DNA of 63,829 nt, filler included, from Platydemus manokwari (lineage: Eukaryota), in the NCBI GenBank assembly GCA_037951405.1. It is 6 parts of 6 records of this genome, joined end to end, with 100 filler letters (N's around TTAATTAATTAA, not from the genome) between each part and the next. Parts side by side here need not be neighbours in the genome. Positions count along the whole stretch, not along the records: positions 20,650 to 30,895 come from JBBMOY011154437.1; positions 30,996 to 41,061 come from JBBMOY011172545.1; 4 more parts are not named here. One strand, written 5' to 3'. Under the pieces are notes generated by a model. The model saw only the letters and a program-made list of their open reading frames with translations. It did no database searches and was not told where the DNA came from. This document shows, in pieces, positions 23,546 through 37,140 of this stretch; within the stretch, counting starts at the first letter, position 1; the number at the start of each line of letters is the position of its first letter. A program made the position numbers and the translations under genes.

Positions 23546-26500
23546 TTTTTTACAAAATGAATGTGTACACATTATGAAACAATAAATTTAATTCTTTGAG
23601 AGGACAAGAAAATAATCTCTATGGTTATACTGTCGTTGTCATTCGTTTATTGTGAATAGAAAAAACAGAAAAAAATTGAAGATAGAAACTAATGTTGTCT
23701 TTCAGATATTGTTTTTAAGGTATATTTTTATATAAATATTATTCAATAAAAATGTAACTGTTTGTTTCGGTTTTACATTGTTGATTTTTATTTTTAATTA
23801 CTTTGATTTTATTTTAATATTCATCCTCACTATTTAAGACTTATATCATCCTGTTGAATTATTTTTGACCCTCTGATAGTAATTAAGCCATAATCAATTA
23901 ATCTTCTTCAACTTCGAATTTCAAAAACTTATATGGAGATAAGCGTTACGTTGTAGATAATAGATTTATTGGAGATTTTTACTTTATATCTACTTCTCTT
24001 GTCTCATTGATTTGTTTATTATTTTTTATCGGTCTTTATTAATTTATTATAACACTGAACTATGAAAAAGGTGATAAATGACAATGATAATGATAATTAA
24101 AACCAAATGAATATTATGAATACGATAGACAATCTACCTATTAAATTTTTATGGCGGTTAATTCTTACTGGCTCTAGGAGGCTCTTATAGCATTTATTAA
24201 AGACCATACAACTGGAAAAGTTTATCTATTTCTAACTCACACTACGTGCAATTATGTCTGAATATTACAGTATTTGTTTTTCTAAATATAATTAGATTAG
24301 TGAAGCTGTATATGGTGTAGCTTTATACTTTTACTTTACTATCTTCAGCAAAGGGTGATAAAAGACAACATTGTTTAAAATATTTTATTTTTGTAAAGAG
24401 AAAATAAATAAACAGCAGAACGAAATAAAGCGATTAATAGAATTTAATGTCCGATGCGTCACGAAAGTGATTTATCGGCAGCCCAGGTGGACGGAGAAGA
24501 TAGGCAGATTTTTTAATTAAATATGATGGCAAAAATTAATATTATAATGAAAACTTGATTATGAGTAAATGATATGTGAAATAATTGTTAACGACTTATC
24601 TTACTGTTTCTTCTCTCAAGTAGATGGATATCTATCCTTGAATCCCGTAAATATTGGTCAATGCTAAATAATCGAACATACGCTTCTAAGATTTAACTTG
24701 TTGTGTATCAATCAATAATTGAAACGATAACGATGTTGATTCACAATAATATTCCAACACTAGCACTTTTCTATAATGATAGGTTGTGTTATAACTGTAG
24801 CTAATTATGTCGAATGTCGATTTTCTCCAATTGTAGTTCCGTACTTGGTAATTGTGTTTGTGTTATGTTTAATGGCATTGTTGGTCGACATATGTCTGTT
24901 GTATTCATAGCTCAGTCTTTGCGTGGAGGACCATCATTGTTCTATTATTTATCGGCTTTTCGTAAGATTTTCTCATAAATTAATGATGAGAAAATTTTAG
25001 TCCTAATTATCATTATTGTTGCCATTTTCCATTTATATTATCTTATTATTTTTGTTCATTTATTAGTTATTATTATTTATATTCTTTATTACTATTTGTT
25101 AATTTTCATATTTTATTAATTTTATATTTCTATTTTGTTTTGTCACTTATCTTTCTCAGTTTATTATTTTTTATTAATGCTCAACGTCAATTTATAAACA
25201 ATCTTTTACCCTCTCTTTATATGAAATACAAAACAATAAAATATTCGATATATTACTTCATATATTTTCTGATAAATCAGTCAGTTATTGGAATCAACGT
25301 TTCTAGTAATTTAGTGTCATTGACGCTATTGGCACAGCATGGCTTAACAACAGAATGACTTTAGAAATTAACTTTGATCTAGCTATATTTTCAAATATAA
25401 AAGGATTGAATTGTTATGGGAAGGCTTTTTAATGATTAATTGTCACACATGAGTTGTTACAGAGAGTTTATTTGTAATTCAGTTGTGTTGGCTTCCCACA
25501 TACTAATTAAATAATTTTTCACAAATACCAAACGAAATACTTATTAAGATTGAAAAATAAATTACACTGATTCTGAATAATACTTTTATTCACTTCAACT
25601 TTGGATTGCAGTTATAACAATTCAAGAAAGGATTTGTGGTCAATAAACCCTTCATAGCTCTTGGGAAAATATCTTTATCATCGAAATTCTGATTCCCAAC
25701 ATAGATTGATCTCTCTTAATTGCAAGTCGTGTCCTGATTAACATATTTAAATCTAAAATCATTTATTTAGACTTCTACAATTTTCAATGTTTATTAATTC
25801 CGGTTTGTTAAAAATATGATTTTAAAAATAATAAGAATGGGAAATTAATATAAATACAAGATAAATCAAAGCAGTATATCAGATTCTCAATAAATTAACG
25901 ATTAAAATTTTTGTGGTTGAATGTTAGAAATGGATATCGTTTAATCGAGATAAGTAACACACCAGGTTCCAAAATTTCAGATCAAGTTTAATTATCCATA
26001 ATTTTTATTGTGAAAAATATCAAAATTAAATCTCAAAAATAGTACATCTAGATTATTAATAAATTTTCTCACTTAACTAATTTCCAACTTTTATTTGAGA
26101 GGCTCTGTATCTTTATAATAATTGATAAGTTTATTGCTTATTGTCTATTTTATTTATGAAAAATAAATAGAATTAATTGTTAACGAAGACTTGTCAAAAC
26201 AATTAGATTTCATGAACACTTTATTATAAGTTTATACTAGTGAAATTTACTTAATTAAATTTAATGATGAGCTTTTCACGATAAAATTTTTGAATGTATA
26301 ATAAAATAAATGAAGAATGTAATTATCATATTGCACTTTTATTGAAATAAATTGTATGAGAAATAACAAATTTAACGAAAAAAATCATAACAAATACTGC
26401 CAGATTAATTTCTTAAAATTAGAATAAACGGAGGAAAATGAACTTTCTGGCAAGCAACAAATAATGTGTAAACGATTCAATTAAACAGGAAAGATTAATA

Positions 26501-27034
26501 TAAAAATTCTAAAGTACAAATCCAATTGATTCTTGCTGTTATCCAGTATATTCCATGATGAATTATTTTATATTCCTGAAATAATAAGATGGTAAAAGTT
26601 GGGAAAACAGATGCTGATATAAAATTTTAAAATTCTTAAGTGTATTGAAAAAAAATTATCTTACATTGAACATGCATATTATTTTAATTTTTATGGTTAA
26701 ATAACTATATATCATTATAATATGGATTTTATTTCTCACAGAATGTACAATTTAAAAATTCTTTAATAATTATTAAATTAAGACCATATAAAATTTATTT
26801 CATTTCCATTTAAAATTTGAAAAATAAATTTAAGTTACTTTTAAAATGAAAAATTTGCCTTCTGAAATAACATTTCATTAAATATTTTTATTTATTTGAG
26901 CTATTTCATTTAAAATTTCAAATACATTTTAGTATTGTTCTTTGTTTTACTTTCCAATATAAACAGCGCGACATTTTGTTGGCAATGATAATTAAGAATA
27001 TTTATGTGCATTAATTTTATGAATGATTTTATCT

Positions 27035-29523
27035 ATGCCTAAAAGTCGACCTAATAAATGTAATATTACTGTTTAAAAATTATTCTATTCTGTTTTATAT
27101 TTAGTAATCACTGTTAATCTTCGATCAGCTTCACCATCACATAAATTTTCCAATGAGAGTTCTGATAATCATTTGTCTCCTCATTCACCATCATCAATTG
27201 ACAAGTATCCATTTCGGTTATAATTAAATTTTAATACTTAATAGGTTAAATATAAATGAGTTGAAGGATGAATTATTTCAAAAAAGTGGAGTTCTCACTA
27301 TTAATCATGAAGTATTTTCGTATTATTTTTATGGATTAATTAAAACATATCATAGAAAATCATCACGAAAATGGAAGAATTTGAAATAGAAATGAGTTTG
27401 GGACATGGTACGTGTGGCAATGTATATCGTATGCGTCACAAAAGATTATCACTTATTTCAATGGCTGTGAAGCAGATGAGACGTAGTTCTCATTCTGTTG
27501 AAGAAAATAAACGAATTTTTCGAGATTTAGATGTTGTTACTCGATGTCACGATTGTCCATTTATTGTTACATGTTATGGAATATTTATATCACCAGTAAG
27601 AAACGATATATTGTTTCTTTTTTGGATAAAGTTTTATTTTGTATCCCATAATTATTTTGATATTTGAATGTTGATGTAAGTTCGATTTCTATTTATAATT
27701 AACAATGTTTCTCCACAACTAATTAATTCTGATTAATATTTTCATATATGATAATTTTATTACAAATTAATTTATAAATTTCTGAATACGTTTTACATCA
27801 TAACATAGGAAATTACGTAATTGTGTCCATTAATTATTTCGGTGATTTTTTAGTTATTTTTGAATTGTTTGTAATTATTTTCTATTATGAATTTTATTTA
27901 ATATGAATTAATATTTTTATTCGTCCATTGTTATTCTATTTTTGTACTGATTTTTTCCCTCTAAATCATTTGATATTTGGTAATTTTTGGTTTAACATTA
28001 TCTCAATATTAAAATGGTTTTGATAAAATGTACTTTATTTTTTTTGTTTCACCTTTTATTTCTTTTTTTTACTTTTTTTGTTTTTTATTTTAAGATATTC
28101 AGTTCTAGTTTCTACCTTTTTTATTTTTTAATTGTTTTTCCTACCTTCTAAAAGTCTTATTGTCTATATTCTCACATAATCACTTTATTTTTTTGAAAAG
28201 AAAAAATTAAAAAAAAATAAAGGCAAAAGGGGAAACTAAAACAGTAAATTTATAAGAATTAATATCAGGGAAATATTTTAATCCTAAAAATAAATTATGT
28301 AAGAATATACAGTTTATTTTTTTTAGTTTTTTATGTTTCATGTTTTGTCTTTTATTCACGTTTTTCTTCACTCAATTTTCTGTCATGTGCACAAATGAAA
28401 TTTATATTTATAAAAACAGAGATAGATTATGACAGGCAAATTAATAATTGGCATTTAATATATTTCAAAGACAACATTCGGTTGTATTACAATTTTTGGA
28501 TAAACATATTGAATCATAAAACACTCTTTATTGTGGGTGACAATTATTAATCGAATTGAATTTGAATTATAAATTATTATTTTTTGTTTAATTGATATTT
28601 ATTTTGGATATTCATTGATTTTGATGATTTATCGGTTATCATTTTGTGGGTATAAATAATAATTATTTCCTAATAATAATAATATTTTATTTTGAGCTAA
28701 AAGTGATGAAATTATTGAACAATTAAATAATAATAATAATGATAATAATAATAATATCTTTCTTTTATGGTTAACCGATCCAATTATAATTACCAAGATA
28801 TCTCCTTTTCAATATAACAGTTTCAACAGTTTCATTATTTGTTTGAAGGATAAAGCAATTATCGTTGGATCGCTTGAAATTTTAATGAAAATATTTTATA
28901 ATTATTTATAATTTGAAAAAAAAATTATTTTTGCAATTCATGTGTTGAAAAGATTTTCGTTTTTTTTTTTAAAATTTTTATGTTACTGTTTATCATTATA
29001 GATTCTATTTAATAAATTTTATAATCAAATCCTTTCAAAGTAAAATTAAATCTTTTTACATTTGATCAAAATTTCTTGCTGTATATTTTCTGACGTTTTA
29101 AGTCGTTTCATTGCATGATATTATAAAGAACTCAGCTCATATATTGTTATAATATATCAATAATGATTATAAGAAAGATCACAATGAGGATTATATAACT
29201 ATATGATTATATATTATTTTTCTACACTTCTGTCTGTGTGATAATTATTTTGTGGATAGTTTTTTGTTTATTGAAAATCATTGAAATTCCTTTTATCTTC
29301 AATATTAGAGCGAGGTTTGGATCTGTATGGAAGAAATGTCAACCTGCCTCGATAAATTGCTCAAATTCCTCAACCACCCTTTTCCTGAATTTGTGATTGG
29401 CAAAGTGTCTTGTGCGGTAAGGAAATAATGTGAAAATGATTGTATTTTGTTTTTATTTCAAATGTTTACAGATTATAAAGGCCCTTCAATATCTCAAAAC
29501 TAAACATGATATTATGCATAGAG
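27035..29523 (+). CDS. MAP2K7: MAP kinase kinase 7 (hemipterous-like), 5' part; remaining exons not found in this contig
   Basis: Exons 27035-27059, 27105-27204, 27245-27311, 27356-27595, 29309-29416, 29472-29523. Motifs GHGTCGNV, AVKQMRRS, EENKRIFRDLDVV, HDCPFIV, WICMEEMSTCLDKL, IIKALQYLKTKHDIMHR(D) match MKK7 subdomains I-VIb. Confidence 0.92.
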
Positions 29524-30895
29524 GTAATTATATTCTATTTTATTATTATGAAATATAAAATAAGATTATTATTCATCTTTTAAAATTATTTCTAATGAAT
29601 TTTATTATTATTATTATCATTAAATCATCAATACGTCAATGCAACTATGGTTTTATATTCTCAACTGGTTAGAGACTTAGAAATTGGAAAATTTATTTAC
29701 TTTTTTTGTTGCCATAGCGACAGTGCTTCTTAAATTTTATATTAGAAAATTTAACAACACTAAAATCTGTCATATTATTGATTTTTCAATTTATTAATTT
29801 CCAAATACTTACTAGTGAAAATTAATTAATCCATTATAAAATTACTCGATCTTTATTGTATAGAAAATATTATTAAAGTGGGAAAAATACCGTAAAACAA
29901 TTTTTAGAATAAATAAACACTCATCATCTATCATCACCATGGTAACATGTTTTATTTTCAAAATCTCATTATTATTTTTTCTAATATTTCAAAAACCAAT
30001 AAAAATTACTTTGCAAATAAAATTGGATTCATAGTTTTATCGATATATTTTGATTGTTAAGAAATGGTGGTAGGTGGAATATAGATCTTAAAAGATGGAT
30101 GAGATTTGTTAGATTTGGATATTAAATGATTATTTATTTTTAATTTGTTGATAATCTTGTCTGGTATTTCACACGAAACCTAGAATCCATAAATTCTTGA
30201 TGGATAAGTCCATTTTTACTCAACTCCATTATAACTTATACCCGAGGCTTTGGATCTTGATTATTTATTAGCAGACCTTCAGGTTTTTCAAAAATATAGG
30301 TCTGATGTGCATTGGTCTTAGAAAGTCTTATTTTTGAATTTGATTTTTCAATAAGATAAATGTTATTTTCTATAGATACTATAAATAAGCTATTATTTAA
30401 GCTAAACACATTCATATGAAATATTCTTGCTGGTAACAACTGTGATTTTATCGATTAAATAAAGGCTGTTTTTTCATATTATTGATGATAGTATTATGTT
30501 TTATATTATAGAATCTATAGCTTAAAACAGCTGTATTGTATTTGACTACAATCAAATATGAACTGATTTTTCATTGAAATAAATCTTATTATCATTAATA
30601 ATTTTATGCATTTATTTTTTTAATTATTGCATTGACTGGATGGTGATAATAAAGATAAATGTTCATTTTTATATCCAAACATAAACTTCTTTGTTAAAAT
30701 ATATTTATATCAATGATTGTTTAGGGAAATAATAATAATAATAGTAGTAGGAACTGTTTGTCTTTGTGTATTATTTTTCTGTCAATTCTCAGATCAAGTC
30801 CATATTTATTCGGATTTTTTCACGTATGGTTAAAAAATTATTGAATGGAAATTTTCTTCTATTTTCATTGAATATTTTGATATTTCGAAATCATT

Positions 30896-30995
30896 NNNNN
30901 NNNNNNNNNNNNNNNNNNNNNNNNNNNNNNNNNNNNNNNTTAATTAATTAANNNNNNNNNNNNNNNNNNNNNNNNNNNNNNNNNNNNNNNNNNNN
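30896..30995. other. Artificial contig linker
   Basis: N44-TTAATTAATTAA-N44. Confidence 0.98.
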
Positions 30996-32224
30996 AGAAC
31001 AACAGTAAGATAATACATTTAAAATCACATATTCAATTATCTATAACGCATATTCTCCCTATTTATAGAGCCGAGTCTCGGAATACCCCCTTGAATTGTA
31101 TAAAAATCCCGTCGTTTATGTGTATAAAAGTAGCTTCATAAAATCATTTGTATTCATTGTATAAAAGTACCGTAAAAGTAGTAATTCATAATCCCATAAT
31201 TGTATAACTGTAGTCACAATATAATTTCATAACCGTAATTTGAGTTGACTTATTAAATTGATATAAGGTATCACAAGTTCATAGTAATGATCGTCATTGT
31301 CATTCACCACCTATTTTGAAGTAATGTCGGTTAATTAAATAGAGACTGATTAATAACGAGTGAGGACTGAGTGAGAGTGAATAGTATTAAAATCTGAAGG
31401 ATAAAGTTAGAAATAAAATACCAATATCAATATCTACGCCGATCCACTTATCGACATATAAGAAGTGATCGTCGAGGCGAACAAAATAATAAAACTCTTA
31501 AGGTCAAAATACTTTCTGAGCGTCAATAACGGACTCAGAGCACTGATTAAGTCGTAGTATCGATCAATCAAAAGAAAGAATAATAAATCATAAAAGACAG
31601 TGACCCCAAAACGTATCAATAAAATAAAATAATATTTAGCGGGAATAATATTTAAGGTAAAGAGTTTAAATATTATTAATAATATCCTTGGTAATAAAAT
31701 TCCATTGTTAAAAAGAAATAATAGTTAATATTTGGGAAATCCTCGGTGAATTAAAATATCATGTAGCGTTTTTAAGCATTAAAAACCATATAAATAGGAG
31801 TTAAAAACACCAGAACTCGCTCATTATTTCATCGAAACCACTAGACTACAGTGCGTTTGAAAACCCACTATTAAGCTAAATTACTCGAAGATTGTTAGAA
31901 GATTTGCTCGACGATAGAACATACCAATACCATATTGCCATTTCAAATAGTGAGTGAGATTGTTTTGTAACTAACTGATTTGAACTTATAGTACGTATCG
32001 TCTATCATATTATTATAGAGCTTTGCTCAAAAACATCTTTAGTATTCGGTTTTACACCAAGAAAAGGACGTATTAACCGCTATCATCTGAAATTGTAGGT
32101 TTAGCCTTTGATCCAACTTTTTATTTCGGTGTATATCAGTATTGCAAACTGTAATTTTGCTGTTGTTTAGCTGTAAAGAAGAGTTACGTTGTTGATCGAT
32201 AACAGAGGAATAAATAGTTATAAA

Positions 32225-32470
32225 ATAATCGAGTCTGATAGGATTAAATTAACCCTTTTAGATCATTGTTGCAAATCATTTCTATATTCATATAGATTTG
32301 ATTGCGAGGTGAAAGAAGAAATAAATATAATGTTTAAGGGGCACCTTGGCCTTGATTAGAACTCGCAAGAGACTGATCAAGACAACAGTGATCCGTGAGC
32401 AAAATCATAATAGAATTTTATTGAGAGTGATTAAAACAAAAAATTCAATTTACAAGCCCGAAACGCATCA
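32225..32470 (+). repeat. Dispersed repeat (probable LTR segment), inverted copy of 13640-13885
   Basis: Shared blocks ctgataggatta, gatcattgttgc, gcgaggtgaaa, gactgatcaagacaacagtgatcc.tgagcaaaatcataa, acaagcccgaaacgcat. Confidence 0.85.
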
Positions 32471-33593
32471 AATTTAATGTTTAAGTTTATTACGCTGTTC
32501 ATCACTGTAATTACTATAATTTATATCGAATCTACTACACACCCCAATCAACAGCAGCTTACATTCCCAGTAAAAGCAATGAGATACAGTTTTAAGAAGA
32601 ATTATGATAAGAAGAATGTGAGCACATAAGTGGTAATTTGAAAGTTATTCTATAGACAACACATTTCATTAGCTAAACGTCTATAATATTCTAATGCCAC
32701 AAGGATTTAACGTTTCATTTAAAAAGATCGATTAGAAAACTACATCAGACACAGAAACTTTACCACCATTATTTTAAAGCAAGAGTTTTACTTAACTAAA
32801 TTTTCTGCCAGACAAGGAATTCTTTGAAGAAAATCTATAAACCATAGAAGTTTCAAAAGAAATAATTTCACTTAATTGTTAGTAAAGTAGCCGCGCTCGT
32901 CGTTTCCATCTGATTCTCTGTATTTATCGAGTGGATATTCACAACAACTAAGTTACACATTTCGATAAATTTATTTGATTGATACAATTTGCCGTTTTAT
33001 TATTCAACCAAATTTGTTATCGATCACCATAATGTAGAGCAACTAGATTTATTTGAACAAATTAAGATTAGTGGATCATCTTATAGAGTATACATTAATG
33101 ATGTCATATCTAGCTATATATCTATCTGTATATTGTCATGATAATCAGTTACATTGACTTCAATAACATTATTAACGACAATCATGAGTTAACCTTTAAA
33201 ATTCATTATAGTTTCCTTATCATAAGATATTATTAAAGGCACTCCAGAATAAAATAAAATCAATCACAATAAATAACAAACAACCACCAAAACTCGAACT
33301 ATTTCAATAAATTGAAACTCTTTAGAATGTATTGAGCATACCGCATTAGATATTACACTTTACCATGAAGTCTTTGAAATTAAAATGATATTGGGACATT
33401 TATTCAATTTCACATCACACATTCTCGACAATAAAAGAATTAAACCATACATTTTACTACATCAAAAGATAAAATTCAAATTACAATTTCCATTTCAAAA
33501 TCATATATTTATACAAAAATCCCTTCCGATATCAATTCTTTCGATGATTGACATTATTATACACACAAACAAATGGTATTTTTCCCAATATTT

Positions 33594-36500
33594 TTAATAG
33601 ACGACATCAATCGAATCATTGGACAGAGATAAATCTTCTAATCAAATGCAACACAACAATTAATTATCAATCCATCTTAATCATTTTACTCACTTGTAAA
33701 TACAAATTTATCTCTGGACATCAGAATTTTAGCCATTCTATAAATGAAATCTTGTAATTTTTTATTGTTCACTACTTCGGATTCTATTTCAACAAAATTG
33801 CATTTGGGAAGATAATGATCAATGGGAAAATCTTCATGTAATCTGATAAATAAATATCAACAATGGTTTTGACATGATTCCATGTATTCAAATTTAATAT
33901 AACATTAAATTAATCAATAAAATTTTATTGATTCACTAAGATATAATACATGATCATTGATATTGATTAATTTAAACAAATAATTATAAAAATGTAATAA
34001 GATCAAAAACCAAATAAACGCTCAACAACAATAATAACTGAATAATTAATAACGAAAAAGAAATAATCCGCAACCGGAACGAATTCATGATGAATTCAGT
34101 GATGCCGAAATAATATCTAATTGATTACAGAAAAACAAATTTCCAAACGAGTGAATGCACAAAAACTGTCCATAAAGAGAAATGATTCATTGTTGTGAAC
34201 GAAACAGTTCCTGCTCAATCAGTCATGGACAATATAGATAGGGGAACAGATAAAACAAAAATAGTTGCGCAGAGATAAAACGCTCAAAAATACAGCTGAT
34301 ATCAATATTTCATATGAAAGTCATATCTATGACATTCTTAACAATGATATGAAGAATTTGGATGTCATTCAACCGTTTTTTGCAGGTTTTATTTAATTTT
34401 AAAAATATTAAATAACACACAACGCTTACTGTCATGTCTGAACGCCAGGTCAGCCTGTTAATCAATAAAATTTTAATTCATAATTACTTTTCAATAATAC
34501 TAAGAAACTAGCACATTTTACTGTGCATAATGCACGTAAATCACTCAGTTCATGGAATCAAGCAAAATTAAGCGATATATCGCGTTTATATATACTGACG
34601 TTTTCATTGGTATTGATGAAGTAACTATTAGTAACCACGAAATAACTATTTATAATGCTAATCAATAAAAATGTCAAAGATATCTTATTCGATGTTTTAC
34701 TTTATTAAATTCGATAAATATTATATAAATCACATAAAGATTTTACCAGTCTTGATAAGTGAAACCCATGGCAACCGTGCGCCGTAATATACATGCCATT
34801 AATTATTGCTGCACTTAATGCATCCCCCTATTTTCATATCGACAAATCAGAGTTCAGGGCGCACATTATAAACAATAAAATACGGAAATCGTTAATTATA
34901 ATTGGTTGTGCACTAACAAATTAAATTATTCCTCGGGAATTTATCATAGAATATTTTAATAAAATGCACATTTTAGTCAATGGTCAATATAAATGGTAAA
35001 CAAAAACCTGAGCGAAACATTGCAAAACAGATATCTCAACAGCAAAACCCGAGATACCGATTCGCACATAAACAATCGCAATTGCTTATTCTTTTCCACG
35101 TGAATTCTCAACTCATCCAGCATCACAAACATCAATTCATTGAGACAATGTTCCAATTGTTGCCAGACACTGTATTCGATATTGAATTGGCCACAAATCC
35201 AACAGAATGCCTTCAATGGTGAACAAAGAAACAAAGTGAACAGATGGCCGTGATTCTCTTGCTCTATACAACAAGAAAACGATATTAATGCGTAATAATT
35301 ATAAATAAAATAAAAAGGAAATAGTCATAGTGTATCATTAGAGACATCGAAAAATAGAAATAAATAAGAAAAAAATAAAGAAAAACAAAAGAAAATAGTC
35401 ACGGTGCATTGACACCAGAGGGAAAAATAGAGAAAAATTAGAAAAAATAGGGAGAAATAAAAAGGAGTAGCTGCGGTGTGTTGACATTGAAAGGAAAAAT
35501 AGAGAAAAAATAGGAAAAAAAACCAAAAGGAAAAGTCATGATGTATTAATGTGCGATGAAAAAAAGAAAAAACTTGAAAAAAAATAAAAAATAAAGAAAA
35601 AACTAATGCCATACTAATATAAGTCGGATAGGAAACTGGTGAAAGCAAGCACAACAGTGGTTCCGTGATGTGATCTTTGATTTGGTGGAATTCATGGCTG
35701 GATTCGCTGTCAATGATGACGACAGATGGGCAAATGATTAACGAAATGATATCCATTGGCAACATACTTCAAGTGGTCAGGATCGAAATGAAATTAACAC
35801 ACACAAAACAATTCAAACAACAACCCACCATTCATCGATCGGATGGTCGACATTTTCATCAGCAAATTGTTTCATTTTCAAACCCTTTCTATCCAAACCC
35901 ATTCCGGGATCGGTTTTGTCTGAAAACGATCAACATCAAACGATTTCATTCAAACGCAAATTTCGATATTCACCCTCAGACAAGATTTCGAACATATCGG
36001 CATTGATATAAAGGAAGAAAATGCCATTTCTCGACATTTTATAAGTGGCATCATTGATACCGAGTAAAACATCATAGATGCTTGGGTTGTAAAATGTCCA
36101 TTTGCGAGCATTGACATGCTTGTCAGTGGGATCTAGAGATCGTGACAGATTATGTATATAAATCAAACAAATATCAATCAAGGTGTGTTAATTCCTTGAA
36201 AATTGCCCTACTTCGTCTGTTATATGGATTCTGTTCAATTGCGTGACATATGCGAAACATATCAATGGTAAAATTGCGATAAAATCGCTGCGTAGCACAC
36301 GATGCAATAATGACTGCTCTTTGCAATCGAAATCCTTCACAGTTCAAATTTTCCAATTCATACGGTTGACAACCGATTCGAATGTTGATATCCATCGGTT
36401 GACGATTATCATTCATTACAACAATGCCCGTTGCACAATCATATAAATCGCGCATCTTTTTAAACAGTTCATGAAACTCTACTTTGAGAAAACGATTATT

Positions 36501-37140
36501 TCGTACGTAATGTGCACGATAGGCCTAGTGAAATGAAAACAAAACAATTCTAATATTATCAATCAAAACATTTGTTCGCTCACGCTTAATTCGTTTTTAA
36601 TATTCGTCATTTGATTGAGAAAAAACAAAACAAAAATCTTATTGGCATAAAATTTACATTTGTCTCGTATAAGGTAATTACTAAAAATCGAAATTATGAA
36701 GTTCAAGATATCAACAGAAGTTAATTATCAAATATCTTTACCTTTGAACAATTGGATAAAATTCTACAATTAAATTATGTATTTCCAATACTTTAAATAA
36801 AGAACCAACATCTGATACGTTAATGCTAAGGAAAATTTAAAAATACACTGAACGTGGTTAAAATTACTATAAATATAAATATTCATTCGACAGTTGTCGG
36901 CCAGACACAATTAGTTCCTCGATTAAAGTTGGATCCGATGAAACTTCAAACTTTCTGAATAAACATAAGAATTCTTCTCGCTTATCATAAAAAACCTGAT
37001 TTAAGCTAAAAGATATTATTCATTAATATATTATAATGTTTAATGATAAATTTTAATTTTAAAAGAAGAACGTACGATTTTTTTGTACTTGATTTAGTTT
37101 GAAGTTTATTCGAATTGGAATTGGAATTTAAAGTTGTCAT
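33594..37140 (-). CDS. SCAI: SCAI-like protein (suppressor of cancer cell invasion), ~11 exons
   Basis: ATG at 37140. Exons include 36524-36212, 36132-35974, 35919-35829, 35766-35615, 35263-35008, 33842-33694 and 33637-33594, plus four upstream exons. Peptides CKFYANKIFVLFFLNQM, FTIDMFRICHAIEQNP, PLLCLLSPVSYP, GHLFTLFLCSPLKAF, LLLRYLFC…RLH and VVNNKKLQDFIYRMAKIL parallel SCAI motifs (LTVDMFRMLQALEREP, PLVCLLSP, GSLFTLFL, LLTRFIFC) in order. Confidence 0.88.
35310..35610. repeat. Degenerate ~70-bp purine-rich minisatellite (~4 units) in an SCAI intron
   Basis: Recurring unit a(a/t)agtc…gtg..ttgaca…gaaaaatagagaaaaa…aaaag. Confidence 0.7.

Noticed and set aside
25412-25743. Additional TG…CA LTR-like segments (also ~50350-50753)
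   Set aside because: No TSD and no second copy in the window to support the boundaries.
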